A DNA stretch of 64,000 bases from Gekko japonicus (Eukaryota): positions 1,192,303 to 1,256,302 of the forward strand of contig NW_015159716.1 of NCBI RefSeq assembly GCF_001447785.1. The letters run 5' to 3'. This document shows positions 10,398 through 22,879 of the stretch, in pieces. A program made the translations under genes and the position numbers. The notes under the pieces are model-generated. The model was not told the origin of the DNA. It was given only the letters and a program-made list of their open reading frames with translations, and searched no databases. Each line of letters opens with the position of its first letter. Position 1 is the first letter of the stretch.

Positions 10398-13230
10398 GGT
10401 GACTCCGAGCAAAGAGCACCGTGGAGCCGGCCTCCTCACAGCTCGCCTCCGCAAAAGTGTCACTGTGTCAAGACTGCAGAGAGCCAAGCGGCCTAGCTGG
10501 GTGTGGGATACCGCAAAAACAACATGTTCACACAAGTACAAGCAGCCAGGGGAGGGTGCTCATTGTAACTTTCATGCCTACGTTGGTGGGGCGGGGTGCT
10601 GTGGGAGGCGAGGATTTGCATAGAGGCCGAGCATATAACTTTTGGGACACAGAGCAGAATGAAATGAGGAGGGTGCAGTATTCCCTCAGTCCAGCAGAGG
10701 TGCCAGAATGTGACTACTTAAGTTTGACTCAAGAAGACAAGGGGGCTGTATTTTAACTGGATGCTGCTTGGCCTACTGTTCCCATATCTTTCGCAACCAG
10801 CTGCTCTGTAGAAATCTGGTGACACTCTCACAGCAGGCCTGCAATCATGTTTTTATCCTGGGCAGCCGATGTGGTTCTCCCCTCCTCCACCCATTTTTTC
10901 CACACAACAGCCCTATGTGGAAGGCTGGACTGAGTCACTGGCCCAAGGTCATCCTGTGAGTTTTATAGTTGATTTAGGATCTGAACTCCCATCTCCCCAG
11001 TCTTGGTACATTTCCTTCACATGATAATTTCAGAGGAGTAGCTGCGTTAGCCTGTTGAAGCAAAATGACACAGCAGTCCCAGTGGCACCTTAAAGACTAA
11101 CAAAAATGCATTCCAGCACAAGTTTTTGTGAGTCAGAGCTCACTTCATTAGATGCATGAAGTTGCATCCATAGGAGATATTTTTACATATGTACATGCTA
11201 CACATCTGATAAAAGTGAGCTCTGTACTTCAATAAAGTCTTTAAGGTGCCACTAGACTTTAACAGCTCTCAGCGATAATGGCTGTACAAGGCACATGTCT
11301 TTATGCGCAAGTGCTTTCATGTTCAAATGGTTCGAATTTCTTCTTTCACGCCCTTGAAAAGGCTGTCAGTATCTTCTCCTTCCATACCCACTAAAATGTG
11401 AGTTAGTTTGCTGGAGTACTGTAGGTGTTTTGTCTCGGGTGATAACAAGCCCTTTAGCAATCTTTAATGACTGTGAGCCTTCTGCACATCAGACAGTATG
11501 GCAGCTCTGAAAGATACCTAGAAGTATTCAGTTTTTAAAACATAGATTTCAGAATTTGTTTACAGATTAAAGTAGATAAAAATAATAATCTTGGACTGCA
11601 TCCTATGACTCCCTTCTACTAAGCCAGATCCAGTGACTGATTCTCTTCTGGTAAGTCTTCTCTCATGGGGGGAATGACCTTTTCTGATGCAGAAATGATT
11701 CCTCTGATGGGGCAAAGTCTTTGTTGAAGGAAGACTTGGTGGGAGCAACAGACAATGTTAAGCTGAAGGGAGTCATAGGACCTAGCCCCTTGTAGAGCTT
11801 GTATTTTTACTTCTGTGTAAAGAGGTAAGAGACCCACAGGCAGGCATCATCCTTCACCACATTATGGGGCAACATGTGTTCCCAAGCTGTTCACTTTCTC
11901 TAAGATTTCGGAGGGATCGTAGACTCTTCTTGTTGAGCTGACATGGGAAATCCTTGCACTGAAATGAATTTCATTTGAAAGGAAGCCTGCACCTTTATGC
12001 ACACTTGATTGGGAGTAAGCTCTATTGAAACCTGTAGGACTTTTCAGAAGAACAGGTGATATGAAACACCTCTGCCCAAGACCCTGGAGAGTCACAGGCG
12101 GTCTGAGTAAACAGTACTGACTCTGATGAACCAGTGGTCTGATCAGTGTAAGGCAGCTGTGTGTCATGTGTGTGTCGTGTCTTGAGAGAGGGGGAAAAGG
12201 AGGAAAATCATTAACAAACTGAAAAGTTCCCCAGTTTGTCGCTGATGTCAACATTTAATCAATCTTCCCTTTTTTAAAAAAACTTTCCTCTTTTTATTTT
12301 GTTCACAGTTTGGAAATTCCACAAGAAAATCCATCAGCATTAATAATAAAAAAACATGACCAACTTTACACTTGATACAAAAAAATTCCCATCAATGACA
12401 ATAATAATAATAATAATGACAATAATTAAAAAGGCAGTCATGTGCATATGTATGAGAAGCTTGTCAGAGTTTTGGGCCATTGAAATCCACAATAGTGATT
12501 ATAATTTTGAAATTGTCCACATTTTGAACTCAGAGTACTTAGGAGCCTTTTCCCAACGAAGACACACTACAGTACACATATTTTGCCCCAAACTCATACA
12601 GCTTCAGGCCAAAGGCTGTGATCTCTTCAGGACAAGAGTTGTAGTTGGAGCTGTTTAGAGAGAAAAGGCACATGTTCCTTGCCACACACACCCGTGTGGA
12701 GGCTGGGCTTTGGGTTCTGTCCTCAGCATCCCATCCCCCCCCCCTTAGCCTATCTTTTCAGTCTAAGTGTGAAGTCCAGTGGTCCTGCCTCCCCAACCAG
12801 CATCTCTCATCTTCCCTTTCTCTAAATGTTCAATATACAGCACCAAGGATGTTGGTTATTTTGCAGGGATTGGACACAAGGCCTGCCTTGCTCAGCAGCA
12901 TGAAGGCCAAAAGCAAGAAGACACAAAGGAATCAGGGAAACCGATTCTGGAGTTGGCAACACTGATAAGGGCATAGGTACCCTTAAACAACTTTACAGCA
13001 GTTTTATACCAAGTTTCACTGTCACGGCTTCTCCCAAAGAATCCTGGGAACTGTAGTTCAGTGAGGGCGATGAGTGTTCCTTGTTAGACATCCCAAATCC
13101 CCTTGACCTACTCAGCACATGTAGCAATATGGTAAAAGATGGCAGAGTGGGCTACACCATTTCAGATTGGAAGGGGTGGGGGAGAGTGGTGCCGGTTTTG
13201 AATGACCCTCCATGTTAAAGTTTCCCACTG

Positions 13231-13498
13231 TGTTATGTACACGGACCGCCACCAGGGGTCTGCGGCTAAAGCAGGAGCTTGGTCCCCAAACACAAAGGGG
13301 ACCTAGGATCCTAGTCCACCTCGAGTCCACCAATAGCACCCTTGGCGGGAAATTCAAACCCTCCCATGGGGGGACAGAGGTGTGCCGGGTGGGGTGTATA
13401 TAGTTGGCCTTGCAGGGCCGTTTTTCCTTGTCTTGTTGTGAAGTACAATAAACGCGTCTGAACGCATGTCGTAGTCCGAGTTCTCCCAGTACTTTTCA
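13231..13498 (+). mobile_element. LTR-like element
   Basis: Starts TGTTA and ends tacttttCA (same end as the LTR at 7362); has tatata and AATAAA in the expected order; CpG-rich. No convincing TSD found. Confidence 0.6.
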
Positions 13499-15119
13499 CT
13501 CAGGTAACAAAGTAGCCTATTAGGAAGAAAAGGTCTAGCCTCGCCTTCTGCCAGTTCTGCTAGTTTTTTACTTGCAGGGAAGGCAGTCGCAATAAAAGGT
13601 ATTATGTGGCTTTTGTTCATCTGTCTTATATTATGTCGCTTTTGTTTTTGTATTTTACTATGGGGCGAGATAGATACCTTTTCAAAACTCCAGGGAGCTT
13701 CCCCTCCCGGTTGGAGCAGCTTTCAAAACTACTCTACAGGTAAGATTGTCCTCTCCTCCATTTTGTCCTTGCAAGTTTGTGAGGTAGGTTATTCCCACCT
13801 GTGGAATCTGACGTGGTCTAGTCCACTCTGTTCCCTGAGAACTCTTCCGTGCTCCTCCCCACCTCGTTCTCCAGTCCTCCTAAGGGAATGGGACTTGCTG
13901 TTAAACCAGCTGAAGCCTGTTGCACAGAGACGCCCAAACAGAAGAAGGGGCAGGAGCAGACAGGGGTGCTCGTGCGGAACTAGAGCAGGGGAATGAGAAA
14001 AGCGCCTAAGAGCTGCAGCCCTGTGCAAACTTACGTGGAAGAGCAAGACCCACTGAACTCACTGAGAACTGACTCCTGATAAAAATGCCTCAAACTGGAC
14101 AACAAGAGCCAAAGAAAAGGTAGATGAGAGGAGTTGGGAGGCAGCAGAATAAAGGGGGGGGGAGACATTGTGGACTGGGAGGCAAATTATCAGGAGAGAA
14201 ATGCCCAACCCACCTGCTGACTCAAAAGATGATGGCCCTAAAGCTGGGAAGACGCTTCACAGATCACCATCTTTTACTCTGGAGTGACTACCACTCCCGT
14301 TTCGAACTTGGTAAAGACTCAGGCCGGTTAGAATCACCATTCCTGACTCCCATACAGTTCGTTTCCTCTTCATATATTTTGGTCCTGCCCCTCTTGTTCA
14401 CATGAAAGTGGTGCTGAGAAGAGGAATTTCGTGCACTGGTGTAAGCTCTCTCACAATCATATGCTCATCCTCCCCTCTGATCTGGATAAATCCGGAGCAT
14501 ATTCACCAACCAACCCCCCCCCCATTAGGACCACCTCCACATTCTTTATGCCCCGCTGAGGAAAGGAGAATGTGGTCCCTGTCTCATTTTGGAGCATCTT
14601 GGGGTTTAACGGGGAGCTCATCTGTGTGATCTTGTGAACGGGATGGTTTGAGAGGAGCAGGACGGAAGCAAGTGGGTGGCAGAGGCTGCTGGTCACAAGC
14701 GCAGACCAGAACTCATGACCAGAACAGTTAGGAGGTTCAGATTTTGTTAGGCTATACCATTTCAGAACACAGGCAGGAGGACTGAACGCTTGAACATTCT
14801 CACCTTCTGAAGAAAAAACAACCCCTCCGTATTCAGACCAAATAACCCTATCAAGGCAAAGGCTTCTAACAGTGTGACATGCGTCTCCCAGGCCCAAGAG
14901 TACAAGGCTCTTCTATTGTTCACTGCACAACAGGGAAAGCAACCCCCCGACGAGAGGAAGGCTTGCCCGCCCGTGGGGAGAGGCATTCAACACAGGGTTA
15001 TGTAGATGTGTATGGCAACTTGTGGCACTCGTTCATTTGTTAGGGAAGTAGGGTAAGAAGGCCAAGTTGGCGAGAGGCAGTGGGCCAGGAATGGAGCGAG
15101 CCTTTTGGAAGGGAAAGGC

Positions 15120-17014
15120 CTAGTTTATTAGGGATGAAGTCTGAACACTGCCCGGAGCAGGAGAAGGGAAAGACGGGTGGGAAAAGCCCCGGGACGGAAA
15201 GGAGAGAGACCAGGGCAGGTCCAAAGAAGGGATGGGGAGGGACGATGGAGAGGAGGGGAAGGAAGGCAAGGTTGGAAGAGAGCTGGGTGAGGGGTAGGAA
15301 GCAGAGAAGGCTGAGGAGGAAAGTGGAGCGGCAGGCTTGGCAGCAGCAAGCAGCGTGGCAGGGGCCATGCCAGCAGAGGCCTTGTCGTTGCTGTGGGTGC
15401 GCTGGTGGCGGTTGAGGTGGGAGCTGCGGCTGAAGCATTTGCCGCAGATGCTGCACTTGTAGGGCTTCTCCCCGGTGTGGGTGCGCTGGTGGATGGTGAG
15501 CTCCGAGCGCTGGATGAAGGCCTTGCCGCAGTCCCCGCACGCGTAAGGCTTCTCACCCAAGTGGGTGCGCTGGTGAGTCAGCAGGTTGGAGCTGACGCTG
15601 AAGCACTTGCCGCAGGTGTCGCAGCGGTACGGCTTCTCACCGGTGTGCATGCGCCGGTGGATGGTCAAGTCCGACTTCTGAATGAAGGCCTTGCCACAGT
15701 CCATGCAGGAGAACGGCTTCTCCCCTGTGTGGATGCGCTGGTGCTTGACCAAGGCCGAGCGCTGGGCAAAAGCTTTCCCACAGTCCTCGCACTTGAAGGG
15801 CTTCTCAACGGGGGGCACCGGCAACTGCAGTGGGACTTTGCCCAGGCTCTTGCCGCAGTCCAAGCAGTGGCCGCTGCGTGTGAGACGCCCCTTGCTGCTG
15901 TAGAGCTGGTGTTTAAGAAGCTGTTTGCCCCCGGTGCTGAGGAGCAAGCCCTTCACATGCTCGGGGCAGCGATGTGCAGCAGCTGCAGCAGCCTGGGCCT
16001 GGTGGACTCTCTGGTGCCGGTCGAGATGAGAACTCACCGAGAAGCCCCGGCCGCACTGAGCACAGGTGTAGGGGCGCTCACCAGTGTGCACACGCTGGTG
16101 GCGTTCCAGATCAGATCGCTGGATGAACCGCTTGCCGCAGTCGCTGCAGGGGAATGGGCGCTCGCCGGTGTGAATGCGCTGGTGCTGTGCCAAGTTGGAG
16201 CTGCGGCTGAAACGCTTGCCGCAGGCGTTGCACGGGTAAGGGCGCTCACCAGAATGAGTCTTGCGGTGCTTGGAGAGTGCCGAGCGCTGGCCGAAACACT
16301 TCCCACAGTCAGGGCAGCGGTGAGCAGACAGGGCTGGGGCAGCGGCAGGGGGCTCCTCTTGGTGATGGTGCGTGTGTGTGCGCCTGTGCCGGTCAAGGTG
16401 GGAGCTGACAGAGAAGCGCTTGCCACAGTCTTGGCAAGAGTACGGCCGCTCCCCTGTGTGCACGCGCTGATGCCGCTCCAGGTCCGATTTTTGGGTGAAG
16501 GCCTTGCCGCAGGCGGCGCAGGGGAAGGGGCGCTCGCCTGTGTGCACACGCTGGTGTTGTGCCAGGTTGGAGCTGCGGTTGAACCGCTTGCCACAGGCTG
16601 TGCACGGATAGGGTTTCTCGCCTGTGTGTATCTTTTGGTGTTTGGCCAGGATGGAGCGCTGCCGGAAGCAACGTCCACACTCGGCACACTGATGCGGTCT
16701 CTCTGGCGTCGGCATATTGTGGCCTCGCCCACCACCACCCAAGTTCTTCTTCCCACACTCAACACAGACCCCTGGTCTTTCTGCTGCAGCCGAAGCTGCA
16801 GGCAGGTCTTTTAGCTTTCGGGATGTCTTCTCCTCCCTCTGTAGTACAGTTGGCACCTGTGGCAGCTGCTGTTCCTCTGAGTTGAGCTGGCCCTGGCTGT
16901 CAGTGGTGTTACCCTCACCTGGGCTGTCAGATGTCCCCAGTTGGGAACCTGGTGGCTCCACCTTCTCTGAGCTGTCCTCTTCTGCCTGTAGCTCCTCTTC
17001 GTTCCCATCAGCCA
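15120..17014 (-). CDS. ZNF-A final exon: 13 C2H2 zinc fingers plus Pro/Ser-rich tail
   Basis: ORF 15120-17069 with TGEKP/TGERP-linked C2H2 fingers. Phase-1 acceptor ctcaattacag|TG GCT GAT GGG at 17014, so the ORF-track Met is intronic. Confidence 0.96.
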
Positions 17015-17461
17015 CTGTAATTGAGATGGGGAGATGAAAGACAGCGTGACCATCTGAGCACCAAGGCATTTGTTCCTTCTACAGTTGCTACCCACTGCTC
17101 CGTTCCCTCAATCTCTACCTTTAGGTTTTCCAGGTAAGCTTGGTTAGTCTGGGCATGCTTAGGGCACTGTTAAGAGGGTATTTTCTGACCATCGGAGTTG
17201 TATCACTCATTGCTTTGCCATCCTGCTTCCAGAAATCAGGCCAGAAGACATTTTTTGCTCACAAGACTCCACAGCTTAGAGGGATCATTGGTTGTATCAC
17301 TCATTGCTTTGCCATCCTGCTTCCAGAAATCAGGCCAGAAGACACGGAGAAGCAGTCCCAGTGGCTGCTGCCACCTGTGAAGATCTTTCCCCTCTGTGGC
17401 AATCGTCTACACCCAAGCATTTTAGAGCAGCCATGCAAGGCTTTTAATTCTTTCACTCCCC

Positions 17462-17985
17462 TGTCAGGAGGAGGTCGCGACCTACCCCCTCCTGCCTATG
17501 CAGGATTCTACCCCATCAGCTATCGCACCTGGGGGTCAGCAGCTCCTCGACCCTTCCTCGGAGGGCCGGGAGTGTGGACCTCATACCCACGAAGAAATGG
17601 AAACCCAACTAAGGGGGGAGGGCGGGGGTGCAGTAACAGTTGGGCCAGACGACAAGGGCCCAATAGGTGGGAAGCCGGGTGGATGGTGGTGCGGGTACTT
17701 TAAATGGTTGTTGGAAGGAAACAGGGGGGGAGAAATTGAACGAATAAAAAGGAAACCTTCAGGTGGAACCGGGGAGGAGGAGGATGGCAGGAGCATGTGT
17801 GGAGACTGAGGGGAGTGAATTAACTCGGACCGGTCAAACATCTCCTCCATCGTTTAGTGAGGAGTGGAATTTAAACTCTACTAAACAATTCTGAGGTACG
17901 CCTAAGACGGTTCCCAGTTCGGTTCCCTGCATCCTGGCTTCCTTCCAAGAACTCCCCGAATCAAGTCAACAGACGAAGCTTGACA
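17462..17985. mobile_element. Solo LTR, 524 bp
   Basis: TGTCA...TGACA termini; 5-bp TSD tcccc; internal tttaaa and AATAAA on the plus strand. Confidence 0.8.
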
Positions 17986-18064
17986 TCCCCCTTCCCCAGT
18001 CTATGTAGATGTGACAGATTGCACTTTTAAAGGCGTAGAAGTGCTGTGTAAACAGATAAAGAAC

Positions 18065-18965
18065 TGTGAAGGGTTAATTCTTCTCAGAGCCAGAGAGACT
18101 TGAGTGATAGGCTGCTTCAAGAGATATGATTGGTTAGCATCAGATGAGCAGAGAAAGACTTCCGAACTGGATGCTGAGGAGAGTTCAATCTGATTTCAGC
18201 CTTAGCTGAGAGGAGTTTAACTCAGAGGGAGAACTGGGGGAAAGTTGGCAAGGAAGTTTGGGAAGTAGGCAAAGACTCCCATTCGGGCCAAGGAAAGGGG
18301 ATAAATCTTCAGAGAGAGAAGAAAATTCCCTACCCAGTCAAACAGGGAATTAAGCTCTGAAGAGTGGAGAGATCCCTGGTCTGGTGTGGTTAGAAACTGC
18401 CTTTAGAGACCTTAAGAGTCAGTTAAAAACTCAAGACGAGTACTAGTGTACCAGCCTTCTGGAAACCAAAAGAGTAAGAGAATACTCAAATAAAGTGTAC
18501 TGGAGTGTTTGGGGAAAACACTGGAACAAAAGCCTCTCAACATAAAGATTTCAGTCATTGTGAAAAGCTTAAGAAACTCTTATTAGCCTGAAACATAAGA
18601 ACTAAAGTCTGTGCATTTGCTGGTTTTACCTCAGAAATTTCAACCCCTGATTTAACCTGACCTTTCCCCTTTATGTTAAATAAAATATTTTGTTATTTTT
18701 GAATTTCCAACCCCCTTGGGTGCCATTTAAGTGATCCTTCCCTCAGGTTCCTGGGCTGAGCCAACAGCCAAAATATCATAAGAACATAAGAGACGCCAAT
18801 GTTGGATCAGGCCAAAGGCCCATCTAGTCCAACACTCTGTCACACAGTGGCCAAAAATACCAGGTGCCATCAGGAGGTCCTCCAGTGGGGCCAGGACATT
18901 AGAAGCCCTCCCACTGCTGCCCCCCAGCATATGATTGACTTTGTGGGACAGCCAGCGTTCTTCAG
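18065..18965 (+). mobile_element. LTR-like element with an inserted CR1 3' fragment (about 18775-18930)
   Basis: TG start, AG-rich U3-like body, AATAAA at about 18679; boundaries and TSD not resolved. Confidence 0.4.
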
Positions 18966-19511
18966 CAAAGAAGAAAACACATTACTGGGGTGGCTCAGTT
19001 AGAAAAGTGAAAGAAAAATGGAGGGAAAATCTTGCCTCTGAGGGAAGGAAGTGGATGGGGCCATCATAGTAGACTTTTAACAGCTGGAAATAATTTGGAT
19101 GAATTTCCATTGCTTTCACTATGCGAACCTCCCTGAGCCTAAGGGAGAGATGCTATAATCACATTGTTCCACATTTGTCCAGGGTGCAGAAATCAGCATC
19201 CCGAGCATTGCAACTTGCTTCCTTTGCTCAAAAACAATCCCCCCCCCCAGTTTTTTAACTGTATTTTCTGTACCATTTCATCTATTGAAGTCTCAGCAAC
19301 CAGACTTGGCAGGAGCTATAAGGAAAGGGAAGCTTCAAAGCTGTGCACCGTTATTTGCAAAATTGGTTTAATTTGCATATTTATACAAATTGTGCAGATT
19401 TGGTCTTTTTTAATGCAGGAATATGCTTTTTTTTTTTTAAACACAGAGGAGTACAATTTTCTAAAAAACATACATAGCATTCTCAGTCCAAATGAACCTT
19501 TGTAGCATAGC

Positions 19512-19746
19512 TGCGGTGGCTCAAGTGGCAGTTCGAAAGCAAGACATTGCAAGTAGATAAATAGGTACCACTTCGGTGGGAAAGTAACAGCGCTCCGTGC
19601 GCCTTGGTGTTTAGTCATGCCGGCCACATGACCACGGAAACGTCTTCGGACAGCGCTGGCTCTTCGGCTTTGAAACGGAGATGAGCACCGCAACCCTAGA
19701 GTCGGATTCGGCTGGCTTTCGAGCAAGGGAACCTTTACCTTTACTT
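19512..19746 (+). mobile_element. Sauria SINE (5'-truncated)
   Basis: gtagataaataggtacc...tagtcatgccggccacatgacc...gagatgagcaccgcaaccctagagtcgg with an (ACCTTT)n tail; TSD tagcatagc. Confidence 0.85.
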
Positions 19747-21714
19747 TAGCATAGCAATGAAAAGAATAAGTTCTGCTTGGGGAGGTTGTTAGTTAGCTTA
19801 AAACTAACTAGGTAGCACTATGGGGCTAGTAATGCTCGCCTAACTTACAGGGCTATGCTAAGATGACGATCATTTGGTGCAAAACACTTTGAACACCGCA
19901 AGTGCTATATAAATAACACCTATCTCTCTAGCACTTTTCTATCCCGCCTTTCTTCCAAGGAGCTCAGGGTGGCGTACGTGGTTCTCTCGCCCCATTTTAT
20001 CCGCCCAACAGCAACCCTGTGAGATAAGGAGCTGAAAGAGAGTGCTAGAGAGATATCTGTAGAGTCTGCCATTTTATTCTTCTTCCCAAAAAGCAACTTG
20101 GTACCAGATGTGGCAGAACAACAAGGGACCTGGGGCATTTCTGTGTAACAGCCTGGATTAGCTAAGGATTTGCTCCCTCTCCCATAAGATTTTGCAGGTT
20201 TTGCTATTGTCATCTCGCAAGCCTCGCTCTAGCCTGACAATGCACGCTGCTCTAAAAATTTATTTAGAATAGTTTACATTTCTCTAGGTCTGTCATTTCA
20301 CCCTCATACTGTGTCAACGACTCCTAGTGGGAAGGTTTGTAGCTTCTGACCTACAACATACTTGCTGAAGCAGGCATCTGTGCTTCCAATGAGGTCACAA
20401 TAAAGTTTACACATAACATCTTTGACTGTCTAGGGTAACTAGGGTATGAGTTCACCGTGAAAATTGTTCTCTTTATTTTGATATTCTTCTGTTATGTGTG
20501 TTAACCTTACGTCATCCATGTGGGCTGAACCTATGGATACTGAGGGTATAAACTGTTGCTCTGGGCTGGTCATCAATCAGTTCTCTGTGAGCTCTTCTTG
20601 ACTAGACCATGCCGCTCTGGATTTCAAACTAGTGCACTATGTTTATGTTGAAGTATTCTATACTGAATATGGGAAAGTTACGTTTTTATCCTAAACGATT
20701 TGTAAGTGCTAAAGTGCTTTCTGTCCTTAAAAAGCTTATATTGTAATAAACTGGTTTTGTTTAAGAACTGTGGTCTCTCTATTGGTTCAGTCTCTTGCCA
20801 GTCTCCACCCAACCAATAAAAGAACTAAAGGGGAATGGGAGGGTCTCAGGGAAATAGTCCTGGGGTCCCAGAAGCTCACAACACCAGGTCAACCCAGCAC
20901 AGCTTTATCTATTCAGGTCTGTCCAGCATTCTACAGAGGAAGTAAAACACGAGGCCTTACAGGGCCTGAAACATCCCCCCCTCCCATTTTTGTGTGTTAA
21001 CAGCCAACTGATGAAGAATTCTGCATAACTTGGAAGCTTGATCACTTGGTGGTGGTTCTTAAAATGCATCCCATGGCTTTTACAGTTAGATGTTAATTAT
21101 CTCAAGATTACCCAGCATGAAAGTCAAAGCCCGTTTGCAAGCTGACGGCCCACATACAGATGGTTAGCTATGAATATAAATGTGTAATGAGTCTGTTCAG
21201 CAAAACTGATGATGTAAACTTTGGTCAGCCGGTGTCCTCATCACAGGATTAGCCATGAGTGCAATTAGCTTTCTGACCAGCTGATCTCTTTCTGAAAGAA
21301 ATCCCTACATGCTTTCTCAAGTTGAACTGAAAAGGTTAGTTTCAGGAAATAATTCATCTCCAATTTACAGCCACTTATTGCCAGGAGTGTTACATCTGGA
21401 CGACAGGTAATATGTTGTAATCATTGGTGGAAAATGCCATCAAGTTGCAGCCCACATATGGCGACCCAAGGCAAGACACAAACAGAGGTTGCTTGCCATT
21501 GCCCGCCTCTACCACCCTGGCCTTCCCTGGTGGTCTCCCATCCAAGTACTGACCAGGGCCAACCCTGCTTAGCTTCCAAGATTTGATGAGATCCAGCTAG
21601 CCTGGGCCATCCAAGTCAGGGCCAATAAAACTCATATGATTATTTTTTTTTAAATGTAAAACAAGCACTGGAGGCCCCAGTGAGCAAGTTGCTCCAGTGT
21701 CAAGTTACTCTAAC

Positions 21715-22000
21715 AGTTTGGTGTAGTGTAGTGGTTAAGTGCGTGGACTCTAATCTAGGAGAACCGGGTTTGATTCCCCACTCCTCCACTTGCACCTGGC
21801 TGGATGACCCTTGGGCAAGCCGTAGTTCTGATAAGAGCTGTTCTTGAAAAAGAGCATTTTCTGTCAGAGCTCTCTCAGCCCCACCTACCTCACAGGGAGT
21901 CTGTTGTGGGCAGGGGAAGGGAAAGGAGTTTGTAAGCCGCTCTGAGACTCCTTTGGGTAGTGAAGGGCAGGGTATAAATCCAATCTCCTCTTCTTCTTCT
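21715..22000 (+). mobile_element. tRNA-derived SINE (Squam3-like), full length
   Basis: A box tggtgtagtg...gtggttaag, B box ggtttgattcc, (CTT)n tail. Close copies at 49889-50175(-), 3977-4121 and 63931-64000(-). Older relatives at about 25790-25990, 35395-35590, 41355-41592, 46513-46730 and 55620-55825. Confidence 0.8.
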
Positions 22001-22176
22001 ACAACCAGTACATATAATAAGGTCAAATGGCGCTGCTATCTATTAAAAAGACACAGAGGCGGAGGATACGCAAGAGTCATGACCTAGTCCCTCTGCCCTC
22101 CCTGCTGGGCATTACTCTTTATTTCCAATGAATTTCACACCCTGCCCCTTCGGCACGTGTGACGCGACCCGCCCAC

Positions 22177-22407
22177 CTTCATCTCTGGGGCTCCTGAGTG
22201 CCTTCTTCCGAGGTCTGCGCTTCCCATCCTGGCTCTGCTCCTTCACCAGCTCCCGCAGCATCTTCTCCACCTGGCTCCTGCCAGCAGTCTGCAGGATGAG
22301 GCCCAGCTGCCGCCGCAGGTCAGAATTTATTCCACCTTCACTTGGACCCGCCGCAACTGAGTCTTGCACCGGAGCCTGTTCCACTGGGCCTTGTTCAGGC
22401 TCTGTCT
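22177..22407 (-). CDS. ZNF-A internal exon (ETEPEQGP...SDLRRQLGLILQTAGRSQVEKMLRELVKEQSQDGKRRPRKK...SPRDE)
   Basis: Acceptor ttttgtgctgcag|AG and donor GAAG|gtgggc; 231 nt, phase 1-1, open in frame; coding-like composition. Confidence 0.72.
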
Positions 22408-22879
22408 CTGCAGCACAAAAGGTCAAAATGAAAACGGGCAAGGAAAAGGCTTCTCAGCTGAGCTGGTCAACTCACTAGGTCTGGGCAAATGAGGAACAAG
22501 GTGATCATAGCATCTAGCCAGCCCTGTCTGTCCCTTAGGCTCAGGGAGGTTCACATAGTGAAAGCAATGGGAATTCATCCCAATTGTGCTTCAGCGGTTG
22601 AAATGTCCCACAGCCCTCAAGGTTTGCACCCCCCCCCAGGCTCACATTACAAGCTTCAGGAGCTCATAATGCTCACAATCAATGCCAAGGCAAGTCTTAC
22701 AACCACAAGTTCTACTTCAACTAAGACTGCACTTCTGAACTGAAGAATTACTCCCCCTACCCCCTTCTGCCTGGTATCCCGAATTATCTGACCGCTAGGG
22801 CTGGCAGTGGCTGACCTAGCCAATTTATGAATGAAAACAGAAGTAGAAAGTGGATTTCTCTAATGCTGTGCATTCTAGT

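Noticed and set aside
15393-16814. 473-aa plus-strand ORF
   Set aside because: Antisense shadow of the GC-rich ZNF-A finger exon; Ala/Val/Gly/Leu-rich and mirrors the finger periodicity.
17015-17069. ORF-track start codons for the finger exons (17069, 38361, 57878)
   Set aside because: Each finger exon has a phase-1 acceptor and in-frame upstream exons, so single-exon models are unlikely.
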